Below, piece after piece: positions 33,561 to 44,870 of a stretch of DNA of 64,000 nucleotides (the stretch's first letter is position 1; each line of letters starts with the position of its first letter). The stretch comes from an uncultured Nitrososphaeraceae archaeon (GTDB lineage Archaea > Thermoproteota > Nitrososphaeria > Nitrososphaerales > Nitrososphaeraceae). Both the position numbers and the translations under genes were made by a program. A model generated the notes under the pieces. The model worked only from the letters and a program-made list of their open reading frames with translations, ran no database searches and had not been told where the DNA came from. Location: assembly GCA_963729045.1 (NCBI GenBank), contig CAVSMN010000010.1:32001-96000 (forward strand), read 5' to 3'.

Positions 33561-33999
33561 TTGAGGTTTGATCTGGAAATAATATGTAAAAAGATAGTTC
33601 GAGGTAGAGCTAAAGGCAAATTATTGTTGTCAAAAAAACCCATAAATTTTCTTGGAATGGTTAATACCCAATCAGGAGAAATAACAAGTACTAGTAACGG
33701 TTTTGAAAGACAAAATTTAAAGGGAAAAATCCTCGTTTTTCCTAATTCAATTGGTAGTAGCGTAGGAGCATATACAATTTATTCTCTAAAGAGCAACAAT
33801 GTAGCACCTAATGGCATAATTTGTACTAACAATGTAGATATAACTACTGCTTCAGGTTGTGCGATTTCAAATATACCATTAGCTTTTATCGACAACCAGA
33901 GGCTATAATGATTTAGTCAATTGTATAAAAATTTTAGGTAAAAACAAGGAAATGGAAATCACACTAGATACAGAAGAAGGGAAGATTATTATCGATTAG
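33561..33999 (+). CDS. aconitase X swivel subunit (DUF126), frameshift near 33900
   Basis: GKILVFPNSIGSSVGAY; the shifted frame continues to ITLDTEEGKIIID*. Confidence 0.85.
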
Positions 34000-34329
34000 A
34001 GAAAATCTATATAATCTATACTTTTCAACTAATGTGTCTCGGCATATGGCTTTCGATGGGCGAACGGACCATTTTAGAATGGAATGAAGATAAAAGTCCA
34101 TATGCCGAGACGAGAGGTAAATACTTTTTAGTCTGGAAAATTAATTCGACATCGTATATCTATAATGATGAATACGGGTTTGGTTTGATCTGGCAGGTCA
34201 AAGCATATAATTCAAACTGCGTAGTGTCTCTTTCATAATTACTATTTAGTCAAGAATATTCACGTTATCATAATGCAGATTGATTGATAATCCAAAACAC
34301 TTTAGTATAAATCTTTACAAGTTATAATA

Positions 34330-34539
34330 TTGGTCAAATTTTGTCCTGAATGTGGAGGTAGCTTGAATTTTGATACAATTACAAAGAACTTTATTTGTAG
34401 GGGTTGTGGCCTTTATGCTCCTAGAGAGAAATTCGAAGAATTGCATGAGAAAATAAATACGGTAGATCGGAAGAATAAAAGCGACGACTATCTAGACTGG
34501 TGGCAATCTTCTAAAAAAGATAAGAAGAACGATCACTAG
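34330..34539 (+). CDS. small zinc-ribbon protein
   Basis: CPECG..CRGCG; DDYLDWWQSSKK tail. Confidence 0.8.
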   Translation: MVKFCPECGGSLNFDTITKNFICRGCGLYAPREKFEELHEKINTVDRKNKSDDYLDWWQSSKKDKKNDH

Positions 34540-35483
34540 TTCATTAGTTTTTTTTTATTCATATCCAACATTAATACCGTTTTGCAGACGGAACAAATTT
34601 CGTCGGTTGAAATCCCACCACAATTTAGACAAGCATTTTTGGTTTGTTTATCATTATCAGAATTTTTTATTATTTTAGATAGTTTATTCATGGAGTTGAA
34701 ACAATTGTATTTTATGCCCGGGTGGATTTTTTCTAAATCATTGAAAAATACTCGAAAGTCGCTACGGATGCTTTCGTTCATATAAGGACATTCATCTGCC
34801 TGAAATTCAATACCCATGTGGAAGGCGTAAAATACTATTTCATTTTCATATAACTCTACGAGTGGCTTAATTTTCTTTAATCCATTTTGATATGTTATGG
34901 GTTGAGGATACATCCAACCGATTCTCCCAACATCACCCGAAAACAAATTTATCATAAATGTTTGAAGGTGATCATCTAAATTATGCGCAGTTGCAAGAAT
35001 GTCTGATTGCATTGAAAGTGCTGCAACATCTAATGCCCTTCTCCTAAATGTTCCACAAATGGAACAGGAGCTAACCTTTTTTGATGGCCTTTTTACAATC
35101 GCTTCATCCATACTTGAACCAAACAATTCTTTATAACTGAAAATCTTAAAAGGCACTTCTAATTTATTGCAAAAATCTTTCACTATGGTGAGAGATTCAT
35201 CACGGTAGCCCTCAATCCCCTCGTCGATTGTGATTGCGACTATATCATTATTGTTATTTTTTGAAATTTTTTTTAAGATGTAAAGAAGAACAAGGCTGTC
35301 TTTTCCGCCGGATACTCCTACAGCGACCCGTTGACCATAATTAATCATGGAATACCTTGAAATGGTGTGTAAAGTTTTCTTTTCAATTGAATGTATGAAA
35401 CAAGATTTACAAAGAACTTCACCAGAGTACAGCCGGTTAAACACCACTGGTCTTTTGTTACATTTATTGCATGTAGGCAGCAA
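34536..35483 (-). CDS. tRNA 2-thiolation protein (NcsA/TtuA, TIGR00269 family)
   Basis: PP-loop SGGKDS, CSIC, TAHNLDD, terminal Zn fingers. Confidence 0.92.
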   Translation of the reverse strand: MLPTCNKCNKRPVVFNRLYSGEVLCKSCFIHSIEKKTLHTISRYSMINYGQRVAVGVSGGKDSLVLLYILKKISKNNNNDIVAITIDEGIEGYRDESLTIVKDFCNKLEVPFKIFSYKELFGSSMDEAIVKRPSKKVSSCSICGTFRRRALDVAALSMQSDILATAHNLDDHLQTFMINLFSGDVGRIGWMYPQPITYQNGLKKIKPLVELYENEIVFYAFHMGIEFQADECPYMNESIRSDFRVFFNDLEKIHPGIKYNCFNSMNKLSKIIKNSDNDKQTKNACLNCGGISTDEICSVCKTVLMLDMNKKKLMN

Positions 35484-36131
35484 AGCGCTAAGTACAGCAT
35501 ACTAACAAACAAGTTAAAAGTGTTAAAGTCAAAACAATAATCATTCGTTTTCAAATATGCGTAAATTTAGTTTTTTGTGTTTACATTAACTTGGTAATGA
35601 TGTTTGTCCATAATCCCTTTATGATCCACCAAAAAAAATCATTGATGGTCAACGTAGCATCTCAAGTTTTGTGGTGAAAATCTTAAAGTGAATGTTTAAT
35701 GGTCACACTTTATTTATCAATTAATCCTTGCCATGATCTTGGATCAGCGGATTATTAGTCCCTACGAAGGTGCAAAGACTTGATCTCACTCGAATGTGTG
35801 ATTGTTCTTGAAAACATTTGGATCTTCCAATAAGTTGTAAAAACCCATCGTTTGAACCTTTGAATTAGGCTATTGCGTAAAGCCAAGATTCAAAGGAATA
35901 TTATGAAAATAACATGAATCCCTGCGTGACGAGTACCAAAATTATAGCGCATAGTTTTGATAATCTTCAGATAAAAAATGCTAATAATTTTGGCTCAATC
36001 CGTTGAACAAATACAATATGTAAAAAACATCATACTGAAAGCCTAAGAACGTGTAATAAATCTTATTTAATATTGCAAAAATCAACTGAAAAAAAAATAA
36101 GAACTAAACCGGTAGGTTGTAAAAAAAAGGT

Positions 36132-36641
36132 TTATTTACTTTGATAAAAAGACCTAATAAACGCGTTCCAGGCATTAAAGGCGTTTGTGATATATTCGGT
36201 ATATGCATCTAATGTTTTATTATATAGCTTTACATTTTCACGAGTAGTATCGATTGCATCAAAATTAAATTGATTATTGGCGGTGATTGCTTTTACAAAG
36301 TTATCTACATTTTCATTGGTCTTGTTGAAGAGCTGTTGATATGTTTCATTAGGCTGTGATTGAGACACGTTTACATATTCCCTTATCAATTCTTTTTGAT
36401 GGGTAATTGTCTTATTGATAGCATCCTTTGAAGATTGAATCACTTCAAGTTGAAAATCAGAAACAGATTGTAGAAATCGAGGTTGAATTTTAACATATTC
36501 ATCGAATGATTTTATCATATTATCTTTCATAGTATCAAGTGTTTTTTCTGCCGATTGTTCTGTGAGGTTGATATAAGAATTTACTTTTTTGTCCATGTTG
36601 GTAGAGACATTTGTATTTGTTGTATTAACTTCTTTACTCAT
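36132..36641 (-). CDS. alpha-helical phasin-like hypothetical protein
   Basis: Amphipathic helical protein with no Cys or Gly; related to 6890..7518. Confidence 0.65.
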   Translation of the reverse strand: MSKEVNTTNTNVSTNMDKKVNSYINLTEQSAEKTLDTMKDNMIKSFDEYVKIQPRFLQSVSDFQLEVIQSSKDAINKTITHQKELIREYVNVSQSQPNETYQQLFNKTNENVDNFVKAITANNQFNFDAIDTTRENVKLYNKTLDAYTEYITNAFNAWNAFIRSFYQSK

Positions 36642-36731
36642 AAGTTATAGATAAACAATCTGACTTATAAACTTTACCAAAATTACCCATTTAATTCCAA
36701 CAAAAACCGCTAAATGGTCAAAACAAAAAAA

Positions 36732-37157
36732 TTAGGCTTTGGTTCCGCAGTTTCCACAGAACTTTTGTCCGTCACCTATTTGTGTACCACAGTTTGTGCA
36801 GAATTTGCCACTGGTAGTAGTACTACCATCAGCTGCTATAGCCAACTTCTTCTTTTTACCACTAACTCCACTTGCAGCAAAGAATGCAGCACTAACTCCA
36901 CCAATAATTACAGTTATTAGAATTATCATCAATACTGTGCTATCCAAATTAGTTCCAAACATTGCAGTACCAGAACCATATGCACCTTGTTGTTGAGCAT
37001 TACTAATTTTCTCTTTAGCCAAGGTAAGTTGTTCTTCCAAAGTTGCAGAACCAGGTTGACCGCTATATTGAGCATATGCAATATTTAATACTGGTAATAA
37101 TAGTATTGAACCCATTACCAATGAAAAAGCCGCTACCATTGAGTATGCCTTGTTCAT
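36732..37157 (-). CDS. membrane protein with a C-terminal double zinc ribbon
   Basis: Signal peptide, TM helix, FCTNCG..FCGNCG. Confidence 0.85.
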   Translation of the reverse strand: MNKAYSMVAAFSLVMGSILLLPVLNIAYAQYSGQPGSATLEEQLTLAKEKISNAQQQGAYGSGTAMFGTNLDSTVLMIILITVIIGGVSAAFFAASGVSGKKKKLAIAADGSTTTSGKFCTNCGTQIGDGQKFCGNCGTKA

Positions 37158-37253
37158 ATTAAAAATTACTCAGATAGGAATTATATAACTTTTATGTTAA
37201 AGAATAATGATAACATTTAAGATATGTAAATTTTCATATTAAGACAGAGAAAA

Positions 37254-37700
37254 ATGGCGCGAACTCATGCCCACACACATGGAAAATCACATTCTATTAG
37301 ACCAACTTCTAAAAATGCACCCTCTTGGGCCATCGATAGTCAAGAGATTATAAAAAAAATTGTGGAGTTTGGAAAGGATGGAATGTCCGCTAGTGAGATA
37401 GGTTTAAGATTAAGAGATGAATTTGCAGTCCCGTTAGTTAAACCAATTATTGGAAAAACCATTACTCAAATTATGCAGGAAAATGATATCCAGAGATCAA
37501 TGCCTGAAGATCTAGAAAGGCTCCTTCGCAAGGCCTTGGGATTACAAAAACACTTGAATGTCCACAACAGTGATAAGAGAAATGTCAGGTCGTTGGAGTT
37601 GATAGAATCTAAAATACATAGGCTATCCAGATATTATAAAAAAACAGGTAAAGTAACTAAATCTTGGAAATACGCAGCAGTAATCGCTAAACTAGAGTAG
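37254..37700 (+). CDS. rps15: 30S ribosomal protein S15
   Basis: MARTHAHTHGKSHS..LIESKIHRLSRYYK. Confidence 0.97.
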   Translation: MARTHAHTHGKSHSIRPTSKNAPSWAIDSQEIIKKIVEFGKDGMSASEIGLRLRDEFAVPLVKPIIGKTITQIMQENDIQRSMPEDLERLLRKALGLQKHLNVHNSDKRNVRSLELIESKIHRLSRYYKKTGKVTKSWKYAAVIAKLE

Positions 37701-37703
37701 AGA

Positions 37704-39227
37704 ATGCGATATACTGATCGTGATCATATATTAAATACAGCAAGTCAAAAATTATTAAATCAAATAGAACACCAAAAAGATATTTTTATTCTTTCTAATT
37801 CAACCGTAGATGGCTTAGTGGGTAGCGCCATCTTACTAAGTTCTATTCATAACTCAAAAGGAAATACGACAGTTAGATGCATTAATTCATCAAAAGTTGA
37901 AGACTTTAAAATAGAATTGATGAAGGTGGCTGACGAGAAGCACGATTTTTATGTTTTTGTAGATTTTGATTCAAACTTCTTTGATCTTATAACCAGCCTC
38001 ATCCAAGAAAGCTATTATTTGTTTGTTAATTCAGATTCACGCAATTTAGATCAAATCATAGAAAAAGATAAAGCCGTAACCTTTGTTAATCCGTGGATAT
38101 GGCAAAGGGATAGTGACAAAGAAAATAAACATACTTCGTCCAGTTTGACATATTTAATAGCCAAAAACTTTGATAGAAAGATAATTCATAGTTCTTTCTT
38201 ACCTATCGTTGCTGCATTTTCAAAGAACATTGATTTTAACAATATTGATCAGACGGAACTCAAAGAAATTTTACAATCTGCACTGGACCTCAACTTAATC
38301 GAGAGAAAAAAGGGACTAAACTTTGGAGTAAGTGAAACTACACCAATTGTAGACGCCATAGAAAATAATACAACCCATTTCATCAAAGGAGTTACATGGG
38401 ATAAAGAAAATTCAATTAAAATAATAGAGAAATCAGGGATCAAAATTACTGATAATCAAAGAATTAGAACATGGAATGAACTTGAGGATGAAGACTTCAA
38501 TAAGATATTCAATGCCATTGAAAAGTACATAGAAGAAAATTGCTATCATAAAAACAAAAGCGATGACAATATCAAAGAGATGAAAAAAAGAAATCGAGAT
38601 TTATTGTTTGGGTATAACTACATCTTGACGAATGAAGAAGCAGGTAGTATCTTAAAAAATATTGGGTCATTTTCTAAATCTCTAGACTTGTGTGTAAGAA
38701 ATCAAACTTTTGGACTCGGGTTATCAATTTGCCTCGGTGAAAGAGATGACGCAATGATGCAAGTAAAGAACCAAATTATAGATCATGATAATCTCATAAA
38801 AAGTGTAAGCAACAAGATTTTTGATGAAAAATGGAGATTCTATGATGACAAGGAAACCATTTACGTTAACGGGGAGGGAATACTAGATGAAAAAAATATT
38901 GATCTTTTCACTTCAATTCTCGAAAAATCTGTTTCATTTGCAGACAGATTGATTTGTATTAGAATCCTGTCAACAGAGAGTGATGACGAATACAAGTATA
39001 CTCTGATAAAACCAAAGTTAGCAAAGGTAGACTTTGTTAAAATGAAGAAAATGATTTATGAGCTTGCCGAAATCCATGACGATTTGAATAGTAATAATAC
39101 TAGACCCAGTCCAACAAGTGTTATAGTAGATATTGCTGACAAGATAGAGATCAGAGTTCCCATAATTAATTTAGAAGTCTTTTTATCGAATATCAAAAAA
39201 ATAGTTTTGGATGCAAAAAGATCCTGA
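37704..39227 (+). CDS. RecJ/DHH-family protein with degenerate catalytic motifs
   Basis: rps15-DHH-pcc1-serS synteny; VDGLVGSAIL motif I, FVNPW; DHH motif absent. Confidence 0.75.
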   Translation: MRYTDRDHILNTASQKLLNQIEHQKDIFILSNSTVDGLVGSAILLSSIHNSKGNTTVRCINSSKVEDFKIELMKVADEKHDFYVFVDFDSNFFDLITSLIQESYYLFVNSDSRNLDQIIEKDKAVTFVNPWIWQRDSDKENKHTSSSLTYLIAKNFDRKIIHSSFLPIVAAFSKNIDFNNIDQTELKEILQSALDLNLIERKKGLNFGVSETTPIVDAIENNTTHFIKGVTWDKENSIKIIEKSGIKITDNQRIRTWNELEDEDFNKIFNAIEKYIEENCYHKNKSDDNIKEMKKRNRDLLFGYNYILTNEEAGSILKNIGSFSKSLDLCVRNQTFGLGLSICLGERDDAMMQVKNQIIDHDNLIKSVSNKIFDEKWRFYDDKETIYVNGEGILDEKNIDLFTSILEKSVSFADRLICIRILSTESDDEYKYTLIKPKLAKVDFVKMKKMIYELAEIHDDLNSNNTRPSPTSVIVDIADKIEIRVPIINLEVFLSNIKKIVLDAKRS

Positions 39228-39489
39228 TATTTGTATTGATACAAAAATAGTGATAGAATGTAAAGAAGAAAAAGATGTACAAACCATTTTTAAAACTCTA
39301 AATCCCGATAATAAAGAATTTCCCGAGGGGCTAAAAATGGAAGTACAGACAAACAGAACACAGTTTTTGTTGAAAGTCGGATTCAGAGATAATATTGGAA
39401 GGAAAAATAATATTAATACGCTTATAAACACAATTGAAGAGATCATGGAACATATTGCTATTATCAAAGAAGTGACCAAAATTGATTGA
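39211..39489 (+). CDS. pcc1: KEOPS subunit Pcc1-like
   Basis: IFKTLNPDNKEFP..LINTIEEIMEHI; synteny. Confidence 0.8.
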   Translation: MQKDPDICIDTKIVIECKEEKDVQTIFKTLNPDNKEFPEGLKMEVQTNRTQFLLKVGFRDNIGRKNNINTLINTIEEIMEHIAIIKEVTKID

Positions 39490-40822
39490 TCCAAAGATCA
39501 TAAAAGAAAATCAGACAGCAGTAAAAGAAATGCTAGCTAATAGAAATATGGATTTTCCCCTGGACATACTATTCAATGCAGACAAACAAAGACGGGATTT
39601 GATAGTTGAATTACAACGCGTAAAACATCAGAAAAACATACTGTCTAAGGAGATATCAGAAAAAAAGAAGAGAAAAGAGGATGCGTCTATGAAGATCGAT
39701 GAAATGGGTGAGATCGGTACGGAAATTAGAAAATTGGAGGAGGAAAGCAAAATAAATGAAGAATTATTCTCGAAATACATCCGTAGCTTACCAAATTTCT
39801 TTCACGAAACTGTTCCATTAGGCAAAGACGAAAATGACAATAAAATAACAAGGGAGTATAATGGAAGGCTAAAGGTATTAAAAAAACCTACCGAAGGAAT
39901 TGAAAAATCAGCGAGTGAAATCATGGCCCATAATGAACTTCCAGGGATTTTGCAAATGAAAAATCATATAGACCTTGCAAATGAACTTGGCCTAATTGAT
40001 ATGGAACGGGCTGGAAAAATTTCAGGATCTCGTTTTTATTTTTTAAAAAATGAAATGGTCAAACTAAGTATGGCACTATCTAACTTTGCAATAGATTATT
40101 TGATTAAAGAAGGATATACAGTAGTGCAACCTCCTTTCATGATTAGAAGGGATGCAATGGAAGGAGCGGTCATATTAAGCGATTTTGAGGAAACCATTTA
40201 CAAAATAGAAAATGAAGACTTGTATATGATAGGCACCTCAGAACACCCCTTAGCATCAATGCACATGAATGAAATAGTGGATGGGAAAAATCTCCCCCTC
40301 CGATATGGTGGGATTAGTACTTGCTTTAGGAAGGAGGCTGGTGCACACGGTAAAGATATGAAAGGACTTTTTAGGGTACATCAGTTTGAAAAAGTAGAGC
40401 AATTCGTCTTTTGCAAACCCGAAGACTCTTGGAAGGAACACGAAAGACTCTTGCAAATTACTGAAAAATTTTATGAAATTCTAGAGATTCCATTTAGGAC
40501 AATAATTTTGTGCTCTGGAGATCTTGGAAAGGTGTCTGCGAAGACTTACGACATTGAAGCATGGTTTCCTGCTCAAAATTCTTATAGAGAGATATGTTCA
40601 TGTTCAAATTGCACCGATTATCAAGCAAGAAGTTTAAGGATAAGGTATAGAAACAATCCTAACGATGAAACATCCTTAGTTCATACATTGAATAGTACCC
40701 TTGTAGCGATTCAGAGAACCCTGGTCGCTATACTAGAAAATTATCAGACTAGTAAGGGGACAATTATGGTTCCGGAGGCTTTGAAAAAGTACATGGATGA
40801 TATAGCGGAAATAGGCAAATAA
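39482..40822 (+). CDS. serS: serine--tRNA ligase
   Basis: GTSEHP, CFRKEAGAHGKD..FRVHQFEKVE, SCSNCTDYQAR, HTLNST. Confidence 0.97.
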   Translation: MIDPKIIKENQTAVKEMLANRNMDFPLDILFNADKQRRDLIVELQRVKHQKNILSKEISEKKKRKEDASMKIDEMGEIGTEIRKLEEESKINEELFSKYIRSLPNFFHETVPLGKDENDNKITREYNGRLKVLKKPTEGIEKSASEIMAHNELPGILQMKNHIDLANELGLIDMERAGKISGSRFYFLKNEMVKLSMALSNFAIDYLIKEGYTVVQPPFMIRRDAMEGAVILSDFEETIYKIENEDLYMIGTSEHPLASMHMNEIVDGKNLPLRYGGISTCFRKEAGAHGKDMKGLFRVHQFEKVEQFVFCKPEDSWKEHERLLQITEKFYEILEIPFRTIILCSGDLGKVSAKTYDIEAWFPAQNSYREICSCSNCTDYQARSLRIRYRNNPNDETSLVHTLNSTLVAIQRTLVAILENYQTSKGTIMVPEALKKYMDDIAEIGK

Positions 40823-40992
40823 GGTAAAAATATTACATATCCATGTTCTATAAAAATTCATCCATGCTTATCAAGATGTTCAATTAACTTGGTTTTCATA
40901 TAAACGGAGAAAAATTAATCGCTAATGAGATATTGTTTTGCAAAATATAGCAACCAAAATGTATATATCTTAGTTGTCAGGCTCATATTATA

Positions 40993-41268
40993 ATGAGCTT
41001 GTTAAACGTACTGTCTCAAACAAGTAGTATGTTCCAAAACTTTGGCTTACAAATCGGGCCTCAATATGATCCATTGTTCTATGATGTAATGATATACATA
41101 TTTGGAACCATGTTATTTGGAGTATTCTTGCTGAGTGTAATTGCATTTTGGTTGAGAAGGAAAGGTCTTGGGGGTGCATCTGCTAAAGAGAAATGGACTC
41201 AAGAATTAGAGAAATACTTCCAAAAAGAACAGATAGGACTAATACCTGACGAGACACACCACTGGTAA
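40993..41268 (+). CDS. single-TM hypothetical protein
   Basis: One TM helix followed by a basic RRKG; TATA upstream. Confidence 0.7.
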   Translation: MSLLNVLSQTSSMFQNFGLQIGPQYDPLFYDVMIYIFGTMLFGVFLLSVIAFWLRRKGLGGASAKEKWTQELEKYFQKEQIGLIPDETHHW

Positions 41269-41321
41269 TAAATAAAAAGGATCAGTCCTTTTTATTTATA
41301 TAATAAATTTTTAATTATTGT

Positions 41322-41984
41322 TTGTTTCTCTTGTATCAAATTATAGTGAGCCAGTGGGGTCTATCGCTTGGTGAAATTGAGACCATCAATAATCTTTTCA
41401 AAGACTATTATATTTCAGAAAATTCTATTAATCAAGATGTAGGCTATGCAAGCACTTTAGAAATCGAATTTGTAAAAAACAAAGATACAGACTTTTTCGA
41501 TTGCATAACAATCGAAAAATGGACAGATCTGGTAGGAGTTATCAAGAATATTAAGAAAAGAAGGGGAAGAAAAGGGCTGAAATTAAAAATAACCATAACA
41601 GATTATTTTGAATCTGAAGATACCATTGATGTTAATGTGCACGTCAAAAATAGTGAGGATGCAGACACCAAAAGGGAAGTTGAGCTATTATTTTTTAAGA
41701 GAACAATTTTTTTGTTAGTACATAAGATTGACTCGGAATTTATTAAAGGGCTTGAAAGAATCGAGGTAGCAATTGAAAACTTAACAGAATTATTCAAGAA
41801 AGTATCTCCAATCCTCATTTTCAGAGGATCAATATGAAAAGAATAAACATGAATACGGCAAAGCCGGAGTATTACCATAGTCTACGCAATAACTATGATA
41901 TGCACTACAGGTAATAGAGAAAGTGAGATCCAAATGCAGATCTTTTTATTTGATGACAAAAAGAGGGTTTGGAAAAATCTTTAG
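41322..41984 (+). CDS. hypothetical protein (probably frameshifted at the 3' end)
   Basis: 171-aa ORF; a protein-like frame resumes and ends IFLFDDKKRVWKNL*. Confidence 0.55.
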
Positions 41985-42071
41985 ATCGGTATTAATATAA
42001 ATAAAGAAAACATAGTAGAGCGATTGCTCAACCCATAGAATTAAAAAAGACAATCTTTAGGAAGATAAAGT

Positions 42072-42470
42072 ATGGGGAGAAAGGATGACACAAGTGGTGT
42101 CGAAAAAACTAAGAACATTTTTCTAGATTTCAAGAACAAAGAAATCAACGTTGGAGAAGAGTTGGAGTGTATAATAACAATTGATTATACTGGTAGATTC
42201 GACAGCATAAGCATAAATTCCCAAATCGAAGATTCGTCAGATGTTTTTACATACACAGAGATTAATGGTAAAAAAATTAACCATCCCTATGCGAGGCTTT
42301 CTATAATGAAAAAAGAACTTCAAAACCCTAGTAGTATAAGATTGAAAGCTATTACAAAACATGTTCCCAAAAATACTGAATCAGTTGTCAAGCTTAGAGC
42401 CACACTAATTCAAGAACATAAAGAAATAGCATCAGATATTAAATTCATAAAAATAAAAAAAATGAAATAA
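42072..42470 (+). CDS. conserved hypothetical protein (beta-rich)
   Basis: YTGRFDSISINSQI..KLRATLIQEHKEIASD. Confidence 0.75.
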   Translation: MGRKDDTSGVEKTKNIFLDFKNKEINVGEELECIITIDYTGRFDSISINSQIEDSSDVFTYTEINGKKINHPYARLSIMKKELQNPSSIRLKAITKHVPKNTESVVKLRATLIQEHKEIASDIKFIKIKKMK

Positions 42471-42472
42471 AT

Positions 42473-42949
42473 TTATCCGAAGCTGGGTTCAACTGATACC
42501 TGACCAGTCATCCAAGGATGCGGTTCACAGTGATACAGGTATTCACCCCGTTGGGTAAAAGTGAAGTCATATGTACCTTGAGGAGGAATTAGACCTATTG
42601 TATCTAGAGAATTGAATGGTCCATTGACAGGGTCTACATAGTTATTATCACTCGTTACTGAATGTGCAGTAACATCATCATTTGTCCAAACCACCTTATT
42701 TGAGACACCCAATGATGCTCTTATTTCTTTGGGAACAAAGAAAGTTGGATTTGCAGGTAGCGAAGAACCTTCAGCAATTGCAATATCAGTAGTTCCAGAT
42801 GGATTCAAGATTTCCTCGGATACCTCAGGTTTTGCATTTATTGTTGGTGTATAAACGAATTGATAGTATGCTAAACTAATAGTGACTATCACTACAAAGG
42901 AAATAATACTAATCCCCCCAATTTGGGACGGTTTTTTTACTTTTTCCAA
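42473..42949 (-). CDS. membrane-anchored plastocyanin-like blue copper protein of complex III
   Basis: WTNDDVTAHSVT..YHCEPHPWMTG type-1 Cu ligands; downstream of petB. Confidence 0.92.
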   Translation of the reverse strand: MEKVKKPSQIGGISIISFVVIVTISLAYYQFVYTPTINAKPEVSEEILNPSGTTDIAIAEGSSLPANPTFFVPKEIRASLGVSNKVVWTNDDVTAHSVTSDNNYVDPVNGPFNSLDTIGLIPPQGTYDFTFTQRGEYLYHCEPHPWMTGQVSVEPSFG

Positions 42950-43064
42950 TTAGATTTTATTCCTTGATACAATAATAAATATTTTTTTTTATGAGACTAT
43001 AAAAATAGAAAGGTACTTGGTAAATAAAAGAAATCAAGAGATACAATTGCAGGAGTAAAAAAAA

Positions 43065-44870
43065 TTAGGTACGATTCTTGTCTGGATTAGTAGTTTTTGA
43101 TCCCTCCATATCCGAAATTGAAGTAGCAGTGGTTGATTCATTGGAATTAATCTGTTGGCGTAATTTTCCATCATTTTGATCATTCTTGATGGAATGTAAT
43201 GAACCAGTAGTGGTTCGTAAATTCGGATTATAGTCATTATCTGGTGTAGACCCAGTACTAGCATCAACACCTGTTGCGGAATTCTTTGAGGACGGCGGTA
43301 AAGAACTTCCTTTTGATGAGGATATTTCAGGAACCGGGACAGGTTTTTTGTCTTCTAGTGACTTATCCGAGGGGGCATTAAAGATACGATCCGAAGAATC
43401 GGATAGTTCACCAGCCTTGGCAGTTTTAGACGGTAATGACTTTGTGGAACCCGCACCAAAAGACGGGAAAACGAATTTGCGCTTATTGGTAGTTATAACT
43501 TCTACATTAGACTTGGTAAGTCCCCGATTAATATCTATAAAGATGGAACATTCCCGCAAATACAAGCATCAATATTCCTATCAAGAAGAGAGAGTAGTTC
43601 TTCATACCATTTAATACAGCGTAATATGCAGCTATGTTCAAGTATACTTGAAATGCTATTAACACTATAAAGAGAATATACAGCCATTTAGTCGGGAAGC
43701 TGTATTGGATTCTTCTCGGCGGGTTTTTGTTTCTTTGCATTAGCCTCTGCATTTTTCGCCAGCTTTATCATCAAGTACGTAAAGCCAAATGACAATGGAA
43801 CTAGCAATGCCATAACGGTGTATAGGAAAATCGGGTCAATTACCAATCGTTCCAACAAAGACTTGGTCCTATCGGGATCGATATAAAATCCCCAATAAGT
43901 AGTAATTATGATCTGCGCTATACTGGTTATACCTATCGCGGTTATAATCGGCCTGTCCTTCCAAGAGAATTTTTTGTACCTATCTATGAATGGAATTATT
44001 AACAAGTGTGAATATGAATAGTCCAGGCCATGCTACACCAGTAGTAAACTTATCGAATGCACTTCTTAAGAAAGAATACAGCCCTGTAAGATACCATTCT
44101 GGAACGGTGATTCCCGGCGGCACATTTGGATCAAATTTAAGTCCCATATCAATTGGAAATACACCTCCGGTCAACATTATCGCTCCCGCAACAGCCATCA
44201 CCATAGGAACATCAAATACCAAAAATCGTGGAAAATGTACTACCATTAATCCCAGCAGTACAATGGGCAAGAAGAAAACATGGAATGCATAGAATCTGAG
44301 TACAAAGTCGTGAAACCCAGACCCGAAGAACGCGTTCATCATGTCGGGCCCCAAAATGGGAATGGAATTAGTCAGCGACGCCGCTATAGAAATAGCTAGT
44401 TCAGCTCTTTCACTAAAAATGATATCATAGCCAGTAAAAGCCTCGAGAATAGTTAATACGCCTAACAAGATTCCTGTTACCCACAGCATTTCATTTCGGA
44501 TTTTATATCTACCACTGAAAAACTGGTAATACATGTGCAGTATTGCAAGCATAACCATCGCATTGGAGGCATGATAATGTATATTTCTCATATGGAATCC
44601 GTACGGTATCGTATCGTTAATCTTACTTACACTATCCCATGCTCTATCGAGTATAGGTTCATACCATAACATTAAGAAAGCTCCTGTGATACCCAATATG
44701 ATAAAGACTACAAAAGTCAACATACCAAGGAATCCAAGTGGGCTGACAAACTTGGTGGGTAATGTAAATTTTAGCCCCATGAATATAGTTCTATCGAAAC
44801 CGGTGTAAATCCACTTGAATAGCCTTACCAGGCTGTTATCTTGATTATGTAAGGAAGCGCCCATATCCAA
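43065..44870 (-). CDS. petB: cytochrome b of complex III with a long S/T/D/P-rich tail (three frameshifts, near 43995, 43695 and 43535)
   Basis: RNIHYHASN, ILH, FYAFH, VVH, PEWY; continues through ORFs 43688..44005, 43528..43752 and 43065..43565. Confidence 0.88.

Noticed and set aside
34032..34238. Tracked 68-aa ORF; also 10808..11056 and 17505..17741
   Set aside because: No recognisable motifs or coding-like composition
43528..44005. Split petB and herA as programmed frameshifting
   Set aside because: No consistent slippery heptamer or downstream structure; the window-wide indel pattern favours sequencing error
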